Assembly (NCBI GenBank): GCA_965261735.1
Contig: OZ253470.1
Location: forward strand, 2,976,001-3,040,000
Direction: 5' to 3'
DNA length: 64,000 nt
Source of the DNA: Alphaproteobacteria bacterium
GTDB taxonomy: Bacteria > Pseudomonadota > Alphaproteobacteria > SHVV01
Position numbers and translations under genes: made by a program
Shown here: piece by piece, positions 58,424 to 64,000 of the stretch
Layout: every line of letters starts with the position of its first letter
Position numbering within the stretch: the stretch's first letter is position 1
The notes under the pieces: model-generated
What the model saw: only the letters and a program-made list of their open reading frames with translations
Databases searched by the model: none
Told to the model about the DNA's origin: nothing

Positions 58424-59440
58424 ATGGTCGCCAACCAGAACCACCAGATTCGCATGGCCGCGCGGCCCGAAGGGATGCCTCGGCCGAGCGACTTCGCCCT
58501 TACCTCGGCGCCGATCCCCGATCCCGGCACCGACGAGGTACTGGTGCGCGGCCTGTGGCTCTCGCTCGACCCCTACATGCGCGGGCGCATGGCGGACGCC
58601 GCCGCCTACACCCGCCCGCTCGAGTCGCGCGACGTCATGATCGGCGGCGTGGTCGGTGAGGTCGTGCGCTCGAACGCGCCCGCCTTCTCTGCGGGCGACA
58701 TCGTCGAGGGCCGGCTCGGGTGGCAGGAATACGCGCTCGCCAAGGCGACCGAGGTGCGCCACGTCGATCCCGATCTCGCGCCCCTGTCGACGGCACTCGG
58801 CGTCCTCGGCATGCCCGGGTGCACCGCTTATTTCGGACTCCTCGAGGTCGGCCGGCCGGAGCCCGGCGAGACCGTCCTCGTCTCGGCGGCGGCCGGCACC
58901 GTGGGCGCCATCGTCGGACAGATCGCCAAGATCAAGGGTTGCCGCGTGGTCGGCATCGCCGGCAGCGACGCCAAGATCGACTACCTCACCGGCGAGCTCG
59001 GCTTCGATGCCGGCGTGAACTACAAGACCGGCGACCTCGGTGCGGCGCTGGATGGCGCGTGCCCCGACGGGGTCAACGTCTATTTCGACAACGTCGGCGG
59101 CACCGTGACCGACACGGTCATCCCGCGCCTCGCCCAACGCGGCCGCGTCGTCGTCTGCGGACAAATCTCCGAGTACAACCTGGATGAGCCGCCCAAGAGC
59201 CCCAACTTCCTGCGCCAGCTCCTGTTCAAGCGCGCGCGCATGGAGGGAGTCGTCGTGTTCGACTACGCCGAGCGCACCGATGAGGCGCTGAGCCAGCTCG
59301 GCGCGTGGCTCAAGAGCGGCGAGCTCAAGTACAAGGAGGACATCGTCGACGGCCTCGAGGCCGCGCCCGCGGCCTTCATCCGCCTGATGACGGGCGAGAA
59401 CTTCGGCAAGGTGCTGGTGCGGCTCGGCGCGCCCGGTTGA
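58424..59440 (+). CDS. NADP-dependent oxidoreductase (CurA/PTGR-like)
   Basis: SLDPYMRGRM, LGMPG.TAY.GL, YFDNVGG, NFGKVLV. Confidence 0.9.
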   Translation: MVANQNHQIRMAARPEGMPRPSDFALTSAPIPDPGTDEVLVRGLWLSLDPYMRGRMADAAAYTRPLESRDVMIGGVVGEVVRSNAPAFSAGDIVEGRLGWQEYALAKATEVRHVDPDLAPLSTALGVLGMPGCTAYFGLLEVGRPEPGETVLVSAAAGTVGAIVGQIAKIKGCRVVGIAGSDAKIDYLTGELGFDAGVNYKTGDLGAALDGACPDGVNVYFDNVGGTVTDTVIPRLAQRGRVVVCGQISEYNLDEPPKSPNFLRQLLFKRARMEGVVVFDYAERTDEALSQLGAWLKSGELKYKEDIVDGLEAAPAAFIRLMTGENFGKVLVRLGAPG

Positions 59441-60559
59441 TCAGTCCTTGCGCAGCAGGAACTCGCGGCCCGTCTTCACGGCCGGCTTGCCGTCATACTC
59501 GACGACATCGGCGGTGGCGTAGGTCTCCTCCCACACCTCGGGCAGGTACGAGCCGGTGCCGATGACGTCGATCGGGGCGCCGGCCAGCGCCATCACCTTG
59601 CACTTACCCGGGCTGAAGCCCGAGCTGGCGACGATCTTGACCTTGTCGAAGCCCGCCTCGTCGAGGGTTTCGCGCAGCAGCCATATCGCGGCGGCGCTGA
59701 CGCCCGTGCCGACCAGCCAGCGCAGCTCCACGTCGGTGCGATACTGGCGAATGGCGTTGGGCGCATGGCGCTCGAGCACGGCATAGGAGCGCGGTGGGTC
59801 GAGGCCCTCGATGTAGCGGCCGCCGTGGGTATCGAGCCGTACCGACAGATCGCCCGCTCCCGCGCGATCAGGGAAGCGCCGGCACACGGCGAGCGCATCG
59901 GTCAGTTCGCGGCCGTAATAGTCGACGAGCACGGTGAACGGCGCGCCATCGAAGGTCTCGCTCATCATCTCGGCGGCGCGCTCGGTCGAGCCGGCGTAGC
60001 CGACGAGCGCATGCGGCATGGTGCCCATCCCCTCGTCGTTGCCGAAATAGCGCGCGGTCGAATCGGTGGCGTTGCCGATGAAGCCGAGTGCGCCCGCGTC
60101 GCGATGCGCCGCCGCCGACCCGACCGACGCCGCGTAGGCCATCATTTCGGCCATCTCCGAGCCCGCGCAATGGCGCGCGTCCATGGCGAAGAACGCTACC
60201 TTCGGCAGATCGCAGCACATGCTGTAGGCATTGTGGGCGGCCACACAGGGTGCGCCGAGGAGCTGCAGATAGTGCGTTTCGAGGTCGACCAGGTGGAGGA
60301 GCGAGCCGTTGAGGTAGAGGAGCGGCTCGCCGCCGCCGACCCAGTCCCCTTCCTTGTAGAGCGGCTCGACCACGAACTGCCGCTCGCGTTCGCTGGCAAC
60401 GCGCTCGAGCCACGCCAGCATGAGCCTGGGAGCGAAGATCACCGGGCGCCGCATGAAAAGGGCGTAGCTCACCCGCTTGTCGCCATAGCGGCGCACGATC
60501 TCCTTGGTCTTCAGGAAATACTTGTCCGTACCCTTGGCGAGATCGCGGTCGAGGCCCAT
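59441..60559 (-). CDS. Nicotinate phosphoribosyltransferase-like protein
   Basis: TDKYF, MDARH, GTMPHAL, VRLDT, VASSGF, GTGS. Confidence 0.78.
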   Translation of the reverse strand: MGLDRDLAKGTDKYFLKTKEIVRRYGDKRVSYALFMRRPVIFAPRLMLAWLERVASERERQFVVEPLYKEGDWVGGGEPLLYLNGSLLHLVDLETHYLQLLGAPCVAAHNAYSMCCDLPKVAFFAMDARHCAGSEMAEMMAYAASVGSAAAHRDAGALGFIGNATDSTARYFGNDEGMGTMPHALVGYAGSTERAAEMMSETFDGAPFTVLVDYYGRELTDALAVCRRFPDRAGAGDLSVRLDTHGGRYIEGLDPPRSYAVLERHAPNAIRQYRTDVELRWLVGTGVSAAAIWLLRETLDEAGFDKVKIVASSGFSPGKCKVMALAGAPIDVIGTGSYLPEVWEETYATADVVEYDGKPAVKTGREFLLRKD

Positions 60560-60587
60560 GGTGGTAGCGGCCGGCGCCGGCACGGCG

Positions 60588-61970
60588 TCAGGAAGCTTCG
60601 GCGACTCGGCTGTCGGACCCGGCACGGCCCTTCTTCAACATCTCGGCGATGAGGAAGGCGAGTTCCAGGCTCTGCGACGCGTTAAGGCGCGGATCGCAAT
60701 GGGTGTGGTAGCGGTCGGCGAGCGCGTGCTCGGTGATCTCCTGGGCGCCGCCGATGCATTCGGTCACGTCCTGGCCCGTCATTTCGACATGAACGCCGCC
60801 AGCGTAGGTCCCCTCCGCCTGGTGGACCCTGAAAAACGTCTCGACCTCGGACAGGATGCGATCGAAGGGACGCGTCTTGTAGCCGTTCGAGGATTTGATC
60901 GTGTTGCCGTGCATGGGATCGCACGACCACACGACGCTGCGCCCCTCGCGCTCAATGGCGCGGATCAGCGGCGGCAGCTTGTCTGCCGCTTGCTCGGCGC
61001 CCATGCGGCAGATCAGCGTGAGTCGCCCCGCCTCGTCGCCGGGATTGAGGATGTCGACGAGCTCGAGCAGCGCATCGGGCGGCAGCGTGGGGCCCACCTT
61101 GAGGCCGATCGGATTGGCGACACCTCGTAGGAATTCGACATGGGCTCCGTCGGGCTGGCGCGTCCGGTCGCCGATCCACAGCATGTGGGCCGAGGTGTCG
61201 TACCAGTCGCCCGAGGTGCTGTCGATGCGCGTCAGCGCCTCCTCGTAACCCAACAGCAGCGCCTCGTGCGAGGTGTAGAAGTCGGTCTGGCTAAGCTTGG
61301 CCGATGCCTCCTCGGACAGGCCGCAGGCCCCCATGAACGCGAGCGCCTCGGCGATGCGGTCGGCGAGGTCCTGATAGCGTGCGCCTTGCGGGCTGCGCGC
61401 GACGAAGCCCAGGTTCCAGCGGTGCACGCGGTGAAGATCGGCGTAGCCACCCTGCGCGAAGGCGCGCAGCAGGTTCAGCGTCGCCGCGGCCTGGCTGTAG
61501 GCATGGAGCTGGCGCTCGGGATCGGGCCGGCGCGCCTCGGCCGTGAAACCGATGCCGTTGATGTTGTCGCCGCGATAGCTCGTGAGCTCGACACCATCGC
61601 GGACCTCGACCGGCTCGCTCCGCGGCTTCGCGAACTGCCCGGCCATGCGGCCGACCTTGACCACCGGGCACGCGGCCGCGTACGTCAGCGCCACCGCCAT
61701 CTGCAGCAGCACGCGAAAGGTGTCGCGAATGTTGTCGGCGTGGAACTCGGCGAAGCTCTCGGCGCAATCGCCGCCCTGTAGCAAAAAGGCCTGTCCGTTG
61801 GCGGCCGCCGCGAGGTGGCGGCGCAGGGTGCGTGCCTCGCCGGCAAAAACGAGCGGCGGAAACTGCTGCAGCCGCGCCTCGACGGCCGCAAGGGCCGCGG
61901 CGTCGGGATAATCGGGCATTTGCCGCGCCGGTCGGCTGCGCCAGCCGTCGAGGCTCCAGTTCTGCGCCAT
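60588..61970 (-). CDS. Class II DAHP synthase
   Basis: [35 protein letters not shown]. Confidence 0.95.
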   Translation of the reverse strand: MAQNWSLDGWRSRPARQMPDYPDAAALAAVEARLQQFPPLVFAGEARTLRRHLAAAANGQAFLLQGGDCAESFAEFHADNIRDTFRVLLQMAVALTYAAACPVVKVGRMAGQFAKPRSEPVEVRDGVELTSYRGDNINGIGFTAEARRPDPERQLHAYSQAAATLNLLRAFAQGGYADLHRVHRWNLGFVARSPQGARYQDLADRIAEALAFMGACGLSEEASAKLSQTDFYTSHEALLLGYEEALTRIDSTSGDWYDTSAHMLWIGDRTRQPDGAHVEFLRGVANPIGLKVGPTLPPDALLELVDILNPGDEAGRLTLICRMGAEQAADKLPPLIRAIEREGRSVVWSCDPMHGNTIKSSNGYKTRPFDRILSEVETFFRVHQAEGTYAGGVHVEMTGQDVTECIGGAQEITEHALADRYHTHCDPRLNASQSLELAFLIAEMLKKGRAGSDSRVAEAS

Positions 61971-62060
61971 CGTCGTTTCCGCGTGCTGCAAAGCGGCAGC
62001 ATATACGCCGTTCGCGCAAGTCTGCCAACCCCGACCGGTGCGCGAACGCTGGCGGATCGC

Positions 62061-63434
62061 CTACTCGGCCGCCTCCGCGAGCTCGACGTACTTCTCGCGC
62101 ATGGTGACGAATTCCTCGGCCGCGGTCGGGTGAATGCCGATGGTGGCGTCGAAGACCGCCTTGGTCGCCCCCGCCGTTATCGCGACCGCAAACCCCTGGA
62201 TGATCTCGCCGGCCTCGGGCCCCACCATGTGGATACCGACCACCCGATCCGACGCGGGGTCGACGACAAGCTTCATCATGGTGCTCTCGTCGCGCCCGGA
62301 CAGCGTATGCTTGAGTGCGCGAAAGCTCGACTTGTAGACGTCGACGGACGCGAATTTCGTGCGCGCCTCGGCCTCGGTCAGTCCTACGGTACCGATCGCC
62401 GGCGCGCTGAAGACCGCGGTCGGAACATCGCGATACGACACCCCTCGCCCCGACGGCTTGAACAGCGCATCCGCCAGCGCGTGCCCCTCGGCGACGGCCA
62501 CGGGCGTGAGACGCAGGCGGTCGGTCACGTCGCCGATGGCATAGATATGCGGCACCGAGGTCTGCCACGCCTCGTCGACGATGACGGCGCCGGCCTCGTC
62601 GAGAGCAATGCCCGCCGCCTCGAGACCGAGTTTCGCCGTGTTGGGGTGGCGCCCCAGCGCGCACATGACGAGGTCGGCCCGAACGCTCGTGCCGTCGCCG
62701 AAATCGACGGCGAGGGGGCCACTGTCCCCGTCCCGGGTCACCGCCTCGATCGTCGTGTTGAAGCGCAGGTCCACGCCCTTCCTCGTCATCTCCTCGGCAA
62801 GGCATCCGCGGACGTCGTCGTCGAACCCGCGCAGGAACAAGGGCCCACGGTAGATCTGACTGACCTCGGCGCCGAGGCCGTGAAAGATGCCCGCGAACTC
62901 GACCGCGATGTAGCCGCCGCCGGCGACGATCACACGGCGCGGTAGATCGTCGAGATAGAACGCCTCGTTCGAGGTAACGACGTGCTCGCGGCCGGGAAAG
63001 TCGGGCACCGAGGGCCAGCCGCCGGTCGCGACGATGATGCGCTCCGCCGAGTACGCCGCGCCGTCTACGCGAACTGTATGGGCGTCCGCGAGCTCGGCCC
63101 GCCCCCACAGGATGCGCGCCCCGGCCCCTTCGAGGAGACGCCGGTAGACGCCGTTGAGGCGCTCGATCTCCTGGTCCTTGTTGGCGATGAGCCGGGGCCA
63201 GGAAAAGCTGCCCTTGTCCACCGTCCAGCCGAACCCGGCCGCGTCCTCGAAGTCCTCACTGAAATGGGACGCGTAGACCAGCAGCTTCTTGGGAATGCAG
63301 CCGACGTTGACGCAGGTGCCACCGAGATAGCGGTCCTCGGCAATGGCGACGCGCGCACCATGTCCCGCAGCTATGCGCGCCGCGCGAACGCCCGCGGAGC
63401 CGCCACCGAGCACGAAGAGATCGAAGTCGAACAT
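62061..63434 (-). CDS. gor: Glutathione reductase
   Basis: [40 protein letters not shown]. Confidence 0.93.
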   Translation of the reverse strand: MFDFDLFVLGGGSAGVRAARIAAGHGARVAIAEDRYLGGTCVNVGCIPKKLLVYASHFSEDFEDAAGFGWTVDKGSFSWPRLIANKDQEIERLNGVYRRLLEGAGARILWGRAELADAHTVRVDGAAYSAERIIVATGGWPSVPDFPGREHVVTSNEAFYLDDLPRRVIVAGGGYIAVEFAGIFHGLGAEVSQIYRGPLFLRGFDDDVRGCLAEEMTRKGVDLRFNTTIEAVTRDGDSGPLAVDFGDGTSVRADLVMCALGRHPNTAKLGLEAAGIALDEAGAVIVDEAWQTSVPHIYAIGDVTDRLRLTPVAVAEGHALADALFKPSGRGVSYRDVPTAVFSAPAIGTVGLTEAEARTKFASVDVYKSSFRALKHTLSGRDESTMMKLVVDPASDRVVGIHMVGPEAGEIIQGFAVAITAGATKAVFDATIGIHPTAAEEFVTMREKYVELAEAAE

Positions 63435-63461
63435 CGCGGTTTTCCTTCCCGAACCGGCCGC

Positions 63462-64000
63462 CTACTCGACGGTCACCGACTTGGCGAGGTTGCGGGGCTG
63501 GTCGACGTCGGTGCCCTTGTGGACGGCGACGTGATAGGCGAGCAGCTGCACCGGAATGGCATACAGGATGGGGGCGACGAACGAATGCACGGTCGGGAGC
63601 TCGACGGTGGCGAAGGCATTGTCGCCGAGTACCTCGATTCCCGCCTTGTCGCTCATGAGAACGACGCGGCCGCCGCGCGCCACCACCTCCTGCATGTTCG
63701 ATGCCGTCTTTTCGAATAGGGCGTCGCTCGGCGCCAGAACGATCACCGGAACGGTCTCGTCGATCAGCGCGATCGGGCCGTGCTTGAGCTCGCCGGCGGC
63801 GAAGCCCTCGGCATGTATGTACGAGATCTCCTTGAGCTTGAGCGCCCCTTCCATGGCGATCGGATAAGAGGTGCCGCGACCGAAATAGACGACATCGTCG
63901 GCATCGGCGATGGTCAGGGCGAGTTCCTGCAGGCTCTCGTCGTGATTGAGGACCTCGGCCGCGCGCGAGGGCACCTCGGCGATGGCGCCGAGTAGGCGCG
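63462..64000 (-). CDS. glmS: Glucosamine-fructose-6-phosphate aminotransferase, 3' part (starts beyond the window)
   Basis: EGALKLKEISYIHAEG, ELKHGP, DVDQPRNLAKSVTVE. Confidence 0.96.
   Translation of the reverse strand, partial: RLLGAIAEVPSRAAEVLNHDESLQELALTIADADDVVYFGRGTSYPIAMEGALKLKEISYIHAEGFAAGELKHGPIALIDETVPVIVLAPSDALFEKTASNMQEVVARGGRVVLMSDKAGIEVLGDNAFATVELPTVHSFVAPILYAIPVQLLAYHVAVHKGTDVDQPRNLAKSVTVE

Noticed and set aside
59441-60559. nadE and NAPRTase-like gene as an anti-phage NAD reconstitution system
   Set aside because: Both sit in the housekeeping backbone with normal composition; ordinary NAD salvage explains them

Overview
GC-rich alphaproteobacterial chromosomal segment (Rhodospirillales-like gene content and order, by inference). 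The backbone is housekeeping: envZ/ompR-like pair, ilvE, msrP, an EF-G paralog, aspartate aminotransferase, uvrB, uvrC-pgsA-mobB-moeA-moaD-moaE, tRNA-Leu(TAA), sfsA-map-radC-nudix-nfi, purB, purCSQL-bolA-grxD, rpsD, trmJ, cysS, nadE, class II DAHP synthase, gor and partial glmS. The left 42 kb is heavily disturbed by mobile DNA. It holds three defective IS1595-family copies, two IS256 copies, a collapsed island at tRNA-Leu, and a four-layer nest (lipoprotein gene > IS1595 > IS630 > antisense group II intron) whose junctions all resolve to the base. Strongest leads: (1) a DARS-like DnaA-box triad with IHF-like and Fis-like sites in the AT-rich folB-uvrC gap; (2) the nest, in which each layer hits a functional site of the previous one; (3) a probable methylase plus PD-(D/E)XK nuclease defence pair split into pieces about 32 kb apart; (4) a DUF1538x2-PII-CBS operon; (5) a TetR-controlled thiol/redox operon with visible operators; (6) MoaD with a masked C-terminal Gly-Gly. 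Several single-base frameshifts may be real decay or sequencing error. All family assignments come from motif recognition by eye; no database searches were run.
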